A DNA stretch of 13,947 bases from Candidatus Eiseniibacteriota bacterium (GTDB taxonomy: Bacteria > ARS69). The stretch covers positions 1-13,947 of the forward strand of contig JBQTGV010000172.1 of NCBI GenBank assembly GCA_052390515.1, written 5' to 3'. Below the pieces are notes generated by a model, which worked only from the letters and a program-made list of their open reading frames with translations, was not told the origin of the DNA and did not search any database. Position numbers and translations under genes: made by a program. This document shows, one piece after another, positions 1 through 7,928 of this stretch; the first letter of the stretch is position 1, and each line of letters begins with the position of its first letter.

Positions 1-2
1 GG

Positions 3-1106
3 GAGATCGGCGAGCTCGAGCGGAGAGCGTGCGAAGCAGCCGGTGAGGAGTTCAACCTGGGAAGCCCGAAGCAGGTCGCGGAGCTGTTGTTCGGCAAGCT
101 CGGTCTGAAGCCGCTGCGCCGCACGAAGACCGGACACTCGACGGACGCCGAGGTGCTGCAGGCCCTCGTCTCCGAGCACGAGGTCGTCGGCCTCGTGCTG
201 CGGCACCGCGAAGTGTCCAAGCTCAAGTCCACGTACGTCGACGCGCTGCCTTCCATGGTGGACCCGCGGACCGGGCGCGTGCACACCACCTACCAGCAGG
301 CCGTCGCCGCGACCGGCCGTCTCTCTTCCGCCGAGCCCAACCTGCAGAACGTCCCGGTGCGCACCGAGGAGGGCCGTCGCATCCGCAAGGCGTTCGTCGG
401 AGCGGAGGAGGGGTGGCTCGTGCTCTCCTGCGACTACTCGCAGATCGAGCTACGCATCCTCGCGCACATGGCCGAGGACGAGCCGCTGATGGAGGCGTTC
501 CGCGAGGACCGCGACGTCCATCGGGCCACGGCGGCGCGCGTGTTCGACGTGGCCGAGGAGAACGTGACCGCCGTGCAGCGCGAGCAGGCCAAGACGATCA
601 ACTACGCGGTGCTCTACGGGATGGGCGCCGTGAACCTGGGCAAGACCCTGGGCATCCCCACGCGCGAGGCCAGTCGCTTCATCGACTCGTACTTCGAGCG
701 ACACCCGGGCGTGGCGCGCTTCGTCACCGAGACGCAGGAGCGCGCGCGGGAGACGCTGTACGTGGAGACGCTGCTCGGGCGGCGGCGGCCGGTTCCGGAG
801 ATCGGAAGTCGGGACCACCGCACGCGGGCGTTCGGGGAGCGCATCGCGGTGAACACTCCCATCCAGGGGACCGCCGCCGACATCATGAAGCTGGCCATGA
901 TCCGTGTGCAGGAGGACCTGGACCGGCGCCGCATGCGCGCGCGGCTCGTCCTGACGGTGCATGACGAGCTCGTGCTCGACTGCCCGGCGGAGGAGCGGGA
1001 CGCGGTGTCCGAGATCGTCCGCTCGGGGATGGAGGAGGCGATGCCGCTCTCCGTCCCTCTCAAGGTGGACGCGGGTTCCGGCCGGGACTGGAGCGAGGCG
1101 CACTGA
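3..1106 (+). CDS. polA: DNA polymerase I, C-terminal polymerase domain (5'-truncated by window edge)
   Basis: The frame is open from base 3 (EIGELERRACEAAGEEFNLGSPKQ...). It carries family A motifs TGRLSS..PNLQN, motif A DYSQIELR, motif B REQAKTINYAVLYG and motif C VHDELV, and ends GRDWSEAH-TGA. Confidence 0.98.
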   Translation, partial: EIGELERRACEAAGEEFNLGSPKQVAELLFGKLGLKPLRRTKTGHSTDAEVLQALVSEHEVVGLVLRHREVSKLKSTYVDALPSMVDPRTGRVHTTYQQAVAATGRLSSAEPNLQNVPVRTEEGRRIRKAFVGAEEGWLVLSCDYSQIELRILAHMAEDEPLMEAFREDRDVHRATAARVFDVAEENVTAVQREQAKTINYAVLYGMGAVNLGKTLGIPTREASRFIDSYFERHPGVARFVTETQERARETLYVETLLGRRRPVPEIGSRDHRTRAFGERIAVNTPIQGTAADIMKLAMIRVQEDLDRRRMRARLVLTVHDELVLDCPAEERDAVSEIVRSGMEEAMPLSVPLKVDAGSGRDWSEAH

Positions 1107-1118
1107 GGGGGGAGGCCC

Positions 1119-1730
1119 TTGTTCGTGCTGGGCGTGACCGGGGGGATCGGCGCAGGCAAGACGACCGTTGCCGGGCTGCTGCAAGCGCGCGGCGCGCGCG
1201 TGCTGGACGCGGACGCCATCGTGCGCGGGCTGTACGCTGGCGGGGATCTGCCGCCGCGCGTTGCGCGGCGCTTCGGACCCGACGTTCTGCAGCCGGACGG
1301 GAGCGTGGACCGCCCGGCCCTCGCGCGGCGCGTGTTCGGCGACGCCGCGGCCCGTGCGGACCTGGAGGCGATCGTGCACCCCGCGGTCCGCGCCGAGGTG
1401 CTGGCGCGGCTGGACGAGTGGCGGGGGGAGGGCTTCGATGGAATCGTCGTGTTGGACGCGGCGCTGCTGGTCGAGTCGCGCTTCGCCTATCCTCTGGACG
1501 CGCTGCTCGTGGTCACCGCGCCGCTGGAGCTTCGTCTGGAGCGGCTGGCGCGGCGCGGGGTCCCGGCGCAGGAGGCTCGCGCGCGGATCGCCGCTCAAGC
1601 GGGGGACGACGACAAGGTGGCCCGGGCCGACCACGTGATCTCCAACGGGGGCGACCTCGCCGCGCTCGCCGGCGAGGTGGACCGGGTCCTCTCCGAACTG
1701 GGGCGGGACGGCGGCACCCGTTCCGGGTAG
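1119..1730 (+). CDS. coaE: Dephospho-CoA kinase
   Basis: N-terminal P-loop GVTGGIGAGKTT, plus DADAIV, DRPALARRVF, LEAIVHP and ADHVISNGG motifs. TTG start follows GGGGGGAGG (1107-1115). An in-frame GTG at 1125 is an alternative start. Confidence 0.95.
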   Translation: MFVLGVTGGIGAGKTTVAGLLQARGARVLDADAIVRGLYAGGDLPPRVARRFGPDVLQPDGSVDRPALARRVFGDAAARADLEAIVHPAVRAEVLARLDEWRGEGFDGIVVLDAALLVESRFAYPLDALLVVTAPLELRLERLARRGVPAQEARARIAAQAGDDDKVARADHVISNGGDLAALAGEVDRVLSELGRDGGTRSG

Positions 1731-1733
1731 ACT
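1728..1733 (+). promoter_or_regulatory. Possible sigma70-type -10 element (TAGACT) for prfB, overlapping the coaE stop codon
   Basis: A TAnnnT hexamer ends 29 nt before the prfB ATG. There is no convincing -35. Confidence 0.3.
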
Positions 1734-1762
1734 GTGCGCACTCGAAACCGTGAGGAGACCGG

Positions 1763-2891
1763 ATGAGCGAGGACATCAAGAGGACCCTCTCCACGCTGGA
1801 GAGGCGAATCTTGGACCTCGGGAGGTTCCTTTGACATCGCCGGACGCGAGAAGAAGATCGCCGCGATGGAGGAGCAGTCCGCCCGGGCCGGCTTCTGGGA
1901 CCGCGGGGACGAGGCGAGGAAGCTCCTCCGCGAGCTGAAGCTCGAGCGCTCGTGGGTGGAGTCCCACGCGGCGACGGTGCGGCAGCTCTCCGACGCGCAG
2001 ACCCTCCTGGACCTGGCCCGAGAGGAAGAGGACTCCGCGGCCGAGGCGGAGGCCGCCGAAGAGGTCCGCCGTCTGGAACGGGATGTCGAGGCGCTGGAGA
2101 TCAAGAGCCTCTTCCGCGAGGAGGCCGACTCGCGCTCCGCGATCCTCTCGGTGCACCCGGGTGCGGGCGGCATCGACAGCCAGGACTGGGCGGAGATGCT
2201 CTTCCGCATGTATCTGCGCTGGGCCGCCAACCGTGGTTACGAGACCGAGATCGTCGACCAGCAGCCCGGCGAGGAGGCGGGTCTCAAGAGCGCCTCGGCG
2301 ATCATCCGCGGCGAGTATGCGTACGGCTATCTGAAGGTGGAGCGCGGCGTGCATCGCCTCGTGCGGATCTCTCCGTTCGACGCGCAGAAGCGGCGGCACA
2401 CGTCGTTCGCCTCGGTGGACGTGTGGGCCGAGGCCGACGAGGAGGTCGAGATCGTGATCGCCGATTCCGAGCTGCGCTGGGACACGTTCCGGGCGAGCGG
2501 CGCGGGCGGACAGCACGTGAACAAGACCGACTCGGCGGTGCGCATCACTCACATCCCCACCGGGACGGTAGTCACCTGCCAGACGGAGCGGTCCCAGCAC
2601 CGTAACCGCGAGACGGCGCTCAAGGTCCTCAAGTCCCGCCTGTACACCTTGGCCCAGGAAGAGGAGCGCAGGAAGCGCGAAGCCATCGAGAGCGAGAAGG
2701 GGGAGATCGCCTGGGGCAACCAGATCCGCTCCTACGTCTTCCAGCCGTATACGCTCGTCAAGGATCACCGCTATGGGATCGAGACCGGCAACGTGCAGGC
2801 GGTGATCGACGGCGATCTCGACCTGTTCATCGACGGCGCCCTGCTCCGCGGCCTCTCCGGCGGGGCGTCCACCGACGTGGAGGCGAAGTGA
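1763..2891 (+). CDS. prfB: Peptide chain release factor 2, encoded across a +1 programmed ribosomal frameshift (join 1763..1831,1833..2891; 375 aa)
   Basis: SD GAGGAG (1752-1757) precedes ATG 1763. Then 23 codons MSEDIKRTLSTLERRILDLGRFL end in CTT TGA C. The +1 frame continues DIAGREKKIAAMEEQ into the 1866..2891 ORF, which contains the RF2 SPF tripeptide (RISPFD) and the GGQ motif. Confidence 0.97.
1820..1835 (+). promoter_or_regulatory. prfB +1 frameshift cassette (internal SD plus slippery CTT TGA C)
   Basis: GGGAGG-TTC-CTT-TGA-C has the same architecture and 3-nt spacing as E. coli AGGGGG-TAT-CTT-TGA-C. Confidence 0.96.
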
Positions 2892-4411
2892 TCGAGCCGC
2901 GGGAGGAAGCGCTCCTCGAGGAGAACGACCAGATCCGCGTGCGCGCGGAGAAGCGACGCCGTCTGGAGGAGGAAGGCGTCGCCGTGTACCCGAGCGCGTA
3001 TCCGATCACGCACACCGCCGTGGAGGCGGTGGCCGGGTTCGCCGACGGCGCGGACGGATCCGCGGTTCGCGTGGCGGGGCGGGTCGTCTCCCGGCGCGGG
3101 ATGGGGCGCGCCTCGTTCCTGCACCTGCAGGACCGCTCCGGCAGGGTGCAGGTGTACCTGCGCCGCGATGCCGTGGGCGAGGAGGCGTACGACCGCCTGA
3201 CCCTGCTCGATCTGGGGGACTTCGTCGGCGTGCACGGCACCATGTTCCGCACCAAGACCGGGGAAGTCACCGTGCACGCGTCGGAGTGGACGTTCCTGGC
3301 GAAGGCCATGCGCCCGCTTCCGGAGAAGTTCCACGGGCTGGCCGACAAGGAGATCCGCTTCCGGCAGCGCTACCTCGACCTCATCGCCAACGAGGCGACG
3401 CGGGAGATCTTCCGAGCCCGCTCGCGGATCGTGTCGGCCATGCGGGGGGTGCTGGACGGCCACGACTTCCTGGAAGTGGAGACGCCCATCCTGCAGCCGG
3501 TCTACGGAGGGGCGAACGCCCGGCCGTTCCGCACCGAGCACAACGCGCTGGGGATCACGCTGTTCCTGAGGATCGCGGACGAGCTGTACCTCAAGCGTTG
3601 CCTCGTCGGCGGGCTCGAGCGCGTCTACGAGTTCGGCAAGGACTTCCGCAACGAGGGCATGGACAAGAGCCACCAGCCCGAGTTCACCATGCTGGAAGCG
3701 TACCAAGCCTACGCCGACTACCACGACGGGATGGAGCTGGTCGAGGAGGTGGTCCGGGCCGCGGCGTTGGCCGCGAACGGATCGGCGGTGGCGAACTGGC
3801 GCGGCCAGTCGCTCGACTTCGGCCGACCCTGGGCGCGGCTGCCGTTCTTCGAGGCCCTGGAGCGGGAGACGGGCCGGGATCTCTCCTCGTGCGACGAAGC
3901 CCGGCTCGTGGAGGCGTGCGAAGAGCATCACGTCGACCTCGCCCCGCGGTCGTCCGTCGGCAAGATGCTCGACGAGCTCTTCTCCGCGACCGTTCAGAGT
4001 CGACTGGTGCAGCCCACGTTCATCGTGGACCACCCCAAGGTGCTCTCGCCGCTCTCCAAGGAGAAGCCGGACGGGCGCGGCGTCGTGGAGCGCTACGAGC
4101 CCATCGTCTGCGGCATGGAGATCGGCAACGGGTTCTCCGAGCTCAACGATCCGGTCGAGCAGCGCGCCCGCTTCGAAGCGCAGCTGGCCATGGCCGACCG
4201 CGACGAGGACACCATGGTGCTCGACGAGGCCTTCCTGCGCGCGCTGGAGCACGGCATGCCTCCGGCCGCCGGATTCGGCATCGGTCTCGACCGTCTGGTG
4301 ATGATCCTGACGGGGGCGGAGCAGATCCGCGAGGTGATCCTCTTCCCGGCGATGCGCCCGGAAGAAGGTCGTTCCCGCGGCGACGGTGCCGAAGCCGAGG
4401 CCGAGCCGTGA
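2888..4411 (+). CDS. lysS: Lysine--tRNA ligase (class II)
   Basis: OB-fold anticodon-binding domain (VAGRV..RGMGRASFLHLQD), RQRYLDLI, FLEVETPIL, motif 2 FRNEG and motif 3 GMPPAAGFGIGLDRL..IREVILFP. The GTG start overlaps the prfB TGA (GTGA), with SD GGAGG at 2879-2883. Confidence 0.98.
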   Translation: MIEPREEALLEENDQIRVRAEKRRRLEEEGVAVYPSAYPITHTAVEAVAGFADGADGSAVRVAGRVVSRRGMGRASFLHLQDRSGRVQVYLRRDAVGEEAYDRLTLLDLGDFVGVHGTMFRTKTGEVTVHASEWTFLAKAMRPLPEKFHGLADKEIRFRQRYLDLIANEATREIFRARSRIVSAMRGVLDGHDFLEVETPILQPVYGGANARPFRTEHNALGITLFLRIADELYLKRCLVGGLERVYEFGKDFRNEGMDKSHQPEFTMLEAYQAYADYHDGMELVEEVVRAAALAANGSAVANWRGQSLDFGRPWARLPFFEALERETGRDLSSCDEARLVEACEEHHVDLAPRSSVGKMLDELFSATVQSRLVQPTFIVDHPKVLSPLSKEKPDGRGVVERYEPIVCGMEIGNGFSELNDPVEQRARFEAQLAMADRDEDTMVLDEAFLRALEHGMPPAAGFGIGLDRLVMILTGAEQIREVILFPAMRPEEGRSRGDGAEAEAEP

Positions 4412-5637
4412 GCTTCGAGTGGTTCGTCGCATCGCGTTATCTGCGGGCGCGGGGTCGCTCGCAGTTCCGGTCGCTGATCACCGCGCTCGCGGTCGGTGGC
4501 GTGGCCGTCGGCGTGGGTGCCGCCATCGTGGCGCTCGGGGTGATGAACGGCTTCACCCGCGAGGTGCGGGAGCGCATCGTCGGGACGAACGGGCACCTCT
4601 ACCTGCTCGATCTCGAGGAGCGCGGCTTCGAGAATCCGGACGAGGTCCGGGCGCGGATCGAGGGCGTGGACGGTATCGTGGCCACGGCGCCCTTCGTGCT
4701 CGGCAAGGTGCTGCTCACCACCGACACGGACTCCGAGGGGGCCATCCTCCGCGGAATGGACCGCGAGGCGGAGTCGTTCGTCACCGACATCCCGAACCGG
4801 ATCCGCCCCTCGGGCGCGTCCTTCGGCCCGCAGCGCGGCGGCGACGGCGAGGAGCGCGCCGGAATCGTACTCGGCGCGGATCTCGCGCGGAAGCTCGGCG
4901 CCGGGATCGGATCGGAGGTGGTGGTCACGGTACCGAGCGCGCGACGCCAGGGCGTGCCGCGCATGCGCTCCCTCGTGGTGACCGGTACGTTCGAGTCGGG
5001 GATCTTCGAGTACGACTCGGCGCTGGCCATCACGTCGATCGCGGCGGCGGGCGACGCGCTGGCGACGGAGGGTCGCGTGACCGGGATCCTGGCGCGCGTG
5101 GAGAACATGGAGCAGGCGCCCGAGGTCGGGCGGCGGGTGATCGATCAGGTGACCTCGCCGCCGATGTGGGCCAACGACTGGATCCGTCAGAACCGCCAGC
5201 TCTTCCTGTGGATGAAGCTGGAGAAGGTCGTCGGCTATCTCATCTTCGCCATCATCCTCACCGTGGCCGCGTTCCTCATCGCCTCGACGCTCATCATGAT
5301 CGTCCTGGAGAAGACCCGCGAGATCGGGGTGCTGCTCTCCATGGGAACGCCGCCGTCGGGGATCCTGCGTATCTTCTTGCTGGAAGGCTTCGCCATCGGC
5401 GGGATCGGCACGTGCGCCGGCGCGCTGCTCGGGCTGTTCGGCTGCCTCGCCCTGGACCGCTACCGAATCACCCTCCCGGGCGACATCTACTTCGTGGACA
5501 CGCTGCCGGTGGAGATCTGGTGGGGAGACCTCGCCGTCATCGCCGGGCTGTCCCTGGCGATCTGCGTGGCGTCGTCTATCTATCCGGCGCATCGGGCCTC
5601 GCGTCTCGCTCCGGTGGAGGCCATCCGCTATGAGTGA
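4408..5637 (+). CDS. lolE: Lipoprotein-releasing ABC transporter permease, LolC/E (LolF-like) family, 409 aa
   Basis: The true start is inferred at GTG 4408, overlapping the lysS TGA. The protein reads MSFEWFVASRYLR, then TM1 ..GVAVGVGAAIVALGVMNGF, EKTREIGVLLSMG, IYFVDTLPV and the C-terminal YPAHRASRLAPVEAIRYE. It lies next to lolD. Confidence 0.9.
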   Translation: MSFEWFVASRYLRARGRSQFRSLITALAVGGVAVGVGAAIVALGVMNGFTREVRERIVGTNGHLYLLDLEERGFENPDEVRARIEGVDGIVATAPFVLGKVLLTTDTDSEGAILRGMDREAESFVTDIPNRIRPSGASFGPQRGGDGEERAGIVLGADLARKLGAGIGSEVVVTVPSARRQGVPRMRSLVVTGTFESGIFEYDSALAITSIAAAGDALATEGRVTGILARVENMEQAPEVGRRVIDQVTSPPMWANDWIRQNRQLFLWMKLEKVVGYLIFAIILTVAAFLIASTLIMIVLEKTREIGVLLSMGTPPSGILRIFLLEGFAIGGIGTCAGALLGLFGCLALDRYRITLPGDIYFVDTLPVEIWWGDLAVIAGLSLAICVASSIYPAHRASRLAPVEAIRYE

Positions 5638-6358
5638 GCCGTCGAGTGCGCCGGTGCTCTCCGCGCGCGGCATCGTGCGCCGGTTCCGTTCCGGCGCCAC
5701 GACGCTCGAGGTGCTTCGCGGCATGGATCTCGATCTGGACCCGGGCGAGATCCGCGCCGTGCTCGGTCCGTCGGGCTCGGGCAAGAGCACGCTCCTCCAC
5801 TGTCTCGGTGGCCTGGACCGCCCGGACGAGGGAACGGTGCACGTCCGTGGCCAGGATCTCTCCGCGCTGGACGAGCGGCAGCTCGCCGCGGCGCGCAACC
5901 GCGACATCGGGTTCGTCTTCCAGTTCCATCACCTGCTCCCGGACTTCAGCGCACTGGAGAACGTCATGCTGCCGCAGCTCGTCGCCGGGACCCCGCGCGA
6001 GGAAGCGAGGCGCCGCGCGCGCGAGCTGCTGGAGGACGTGGGGCTCGCCGAGCGGCTGCATCACGCCCCGGGGGAGCTGTCCGGCGGCGAACAGCAACGC
6101 GTAGCGGTGTCGCGGGCGCTGGCCAACCGCCCCGCGGTGGTGCTGGCCGACGAGCCGTCGGGTAACCTGGATGCGGCCGCGAGCGGCGCGCTGCATGATC
6201 TTCTGGAGCGGCTGCGGCGGGACCACGGGGTCGCGTTCCTCATCGCGACGCACGACCTGGACCTCGCCGGGCGGGCCGACCACGTGAGCGAGATCGTCGA
6301 GGGAAGACTGCATCCGGTGAACCGCGCGCGGCTGGCCGGGGCCGGGGCTCCTTCGTGA
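5630..6358 (+). CDS. lolD: Lipoprotein-releasing ABC transporter ATP-binding protein
   Basis: Walker A GPSGSGKST, GFVFQFHHLLPDFSALENV, signature LSGGEQQR, Walker B/LolD-type VLADEPSGNLD and H-loop ATHD. It overlaps the permease gene by 8 nt (ATGAGTGA), with SD GGAGG at 5616-5620. Confidence 0.9.
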   Translation: MSEPSSAPVLSARGIVRRFRSGATTLEVLRGMDLDLDPGEIRAVLGPSGSGKSTLLHCLGGLDRPDEGTVHVRGQDLSALDERQLAAARNRDIGFVFQFHHLLPDFSALENVMLPQLVAGTPREEARRRARELLEDVGLAERLHHAPGELSGGEQQRVAVSRALANRPAVVLADEPSGNLDAAASGALHDLLERLRRDHGVAFLIATHDLDLAGRADHVSEIVEGRLHPVNRARLAGAGAPS

Positions 6359-6855
6359 ACTGCGAGCGATGCGGGGAACACCCCGCGACGATCCGGTACA
6401 CGGAGGTCCTGGAGGGCGAGGCACGGAAGCTGCGGATCTGCGAGGAGTGCGCCGCGTCCCTGGGCTTCGGTCCCGTCGTGGCCGGGCCGGCGGGCGAACC
6501 GGACGCACTGGACGAGGTGGACGACGAGCCGGCCGTCGAAGGGACCGCCGCGACGGAAGCGGACGCGCGGCGCTGCCCGGAGTGCGGGCTTCGCGCCGAC
6601 GAGCTCAAGACGCAGTCGCTGCTGGGGTGTCCGCTCTGCTACGAGACCTTCTCCGACCGCCTCGACGAGGTGCTGCTGCGCGTTCACGGCGCGGCGCGTC
6701 ACGAAGGACGGCTGCCCCACGGGCGGACGGCGGCCGCCCCCGACGCGGGCACCTTGCAGCGGGACCTGGACGCGGCGATCGCACGCGACGACTTCCCGAC
6801 GGCGGCGCGCCTCCGCGACCTGCTGCGTCGCGCGCGCCGGAAGGCGGAGCCGTGA
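6355..6855 (+). CDS. mcsA: McsA, zinc-finger/UVR-domain activator of protein arginine kinase
   Basis: Four CxxC motifs (CERC, CEEC, CPEC, CPLC), LLGCPLCYETF, VHGAARHEGRLP and a C-terminal UVR-like helix (AIARDDFPTAARLRD). It lies immediately upstream of mcsB. Confidence 0.92.
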   Translation: MNCERCGEHPATIRYTEVLEGEARKLRICEECAASLGFGPVVAGPAGEPDALDEVDDEPAVEGTAATEADARRCPECGLRADELKTQSLLGCPLCYETFSDRLDEVLLRVHGAARHEGRLPHGRTAAAPDAGTLQRDLDAAIARDDFPTAARLRDLLRRARRKAEP

Positions 6856-7928
6856 CCCTCGCGGAGCTCGGAGACCGGGTCGGCGACTGGCTGGACGGCA
6901 GCGGGCCGAGGGCGGGAATCGTGCTTTCGAGCCGGGTCCGGCTCGCCAGGAACATCGCCGGGGTTCCCTTCCCGCACCGCGCCGACGATGTGCAGCGGCA
7001 GCGGGTCTACCGCCGACTCCTGGAGGCAGCTCGGAGCGTCCCGGAGCTCAGGTCCGCCGCGGAATGGGACTTCGAGTCGCTGACCCCGGAAGGCCGTCGG
7101 GTGCTGGTCGAGCGCCACCTGGCCACGGCGAGGCTCGCGTCCGGCATGGGGGCGCGCGGGGTGCTGGCCGCACCGGGCGAGGGTCTGGCGATCCTCGTCA
7201 ACGAGGAGGATCACCTGAGGATCCAGTCGGTATGCTCGGGGTTGAACCTCGCGCAATCGCTGGACCGGGCGGTCGCGGTGGACCGGGGAATCGAGGGGCT
7301 CGTGGAGTTCGCGGTGTCGGAGGAGCGCGGCTACTTGACGGCGTGTCCGACGAACGTCGGGACCGGACTCCGCGCGTCCGTGCTGATCCACCTGCCCGCG
7401 CTCGTCCTCGCCGGGGAGATCCGCAAGGTGCACCGGGCAGTCGGCGAGATGGGCATGGCGGTGCGCGGCTGGTTCGGGGAGGGTTCCGCGGCCCTGGGCG
7501 ACTTCTACCAGCTCTCCAATCAGCGGACTCTGGGCAGGAGCGAGGAGACGACCACCGCGGAGCTGCAGCGCATCACCGAGCGCGTGCTCGATCTCGAGGT
7601 CGCGGCGCGGGAAAAACTCGCCGGATCGGAGACGCGGCGGCCGCGGGTTCTCGATCGCGTCTTCCGCTCCTGGGGGATCCTGACCCACGCGCGCTTGCTC
7701 ACCGCCGATCAGCTGATGGCTTGCGCGTCGGATCTCCGGCTGGGAAGATGGCTGGGAGTCTCGGATGCGGTTCCGGAAGCGCTGCTCAATCGACTGGCCT
7801 TGCTGGGCCAGCCGGCGCATCTTGGGCTGAGGTCCGGCAGGTCCCTGGATGACGACGCCGACGGCTGGGCGAGGGCGGAGTGGGTGAGAGCCGAGTTCGC
7901 GAAGCTACCCGCCGCGGGAGCCTCGTGA
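6852..7928 (+). CDS. mcsB: Protein arginine kinase McsB (ATP:guanido phosphotransferase family), 358 aa
   Basis: GTG 6852 overlaps the mcsA TGA. Motifs include IVLSSRVRLARN, NEEDHLRIQ, GYLTACPTNVGTGLRAS, HLPAL, GEGS and QLSNQRTLG. Confidence 0.95.
   Translation: MTLAELGDRVGDWLDGSGPRAGIVLSSRVRLARNIAGVPFPHRADDVQRQRVYRRLLEAARSVPELRSAAEWDFESLTPEGRRVLVERHLATARLASGMGARGVLAAPGEGLAILVNEEDHLRIQSVCSGLNLAQSLDRAVAVDRGIEGLVEFAVSEERGYLTACPTNVGTGLRASVLIHLPALVLAGEIRKVHRAVGEMGMAVRGWFGEGSAALGDFYQLSNQRTLGRSEETTTAELQRITERVLDLEVAAREKLAGSETRRPRVLDRVFRSWGILTHARLLTADQLMACASDLRLGRWLGVSDAVPEALLNRLALLGQPAHLGLRSGRSLDDDADGWARAEWVRAEFAKLPAAGAS

Noticed and set aside
1107..1112. G6 homopolymer between polA and coaE
   Set aside because: It is part of the coaE Shine-Dalgarno region and too short to suggest phase variation.
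1734..1743. GTGCGCAC palindrome and GCACTC CIRCE-like half-site before prfB
   Set aside because: It is only 8 bp, lacks a second CIRCE arm, and is expected by chance at this GC content.
3286..4407. N-terminal 374 aa of the 783-aa ORF, which suggests a large fusion permease
   Set aside because: This is an Arg/Gly/Pro-rich off-frame reading of lysS. LolC/E similarity begins at GTG 4408.
6369..6851. Apparent N-terminal extension of McsB (519-aa ORF)
   Set aside because: This is an alternative frame over mcsA. McsB similarity begins at GTG 6852, which overlaps the mcsA stop.
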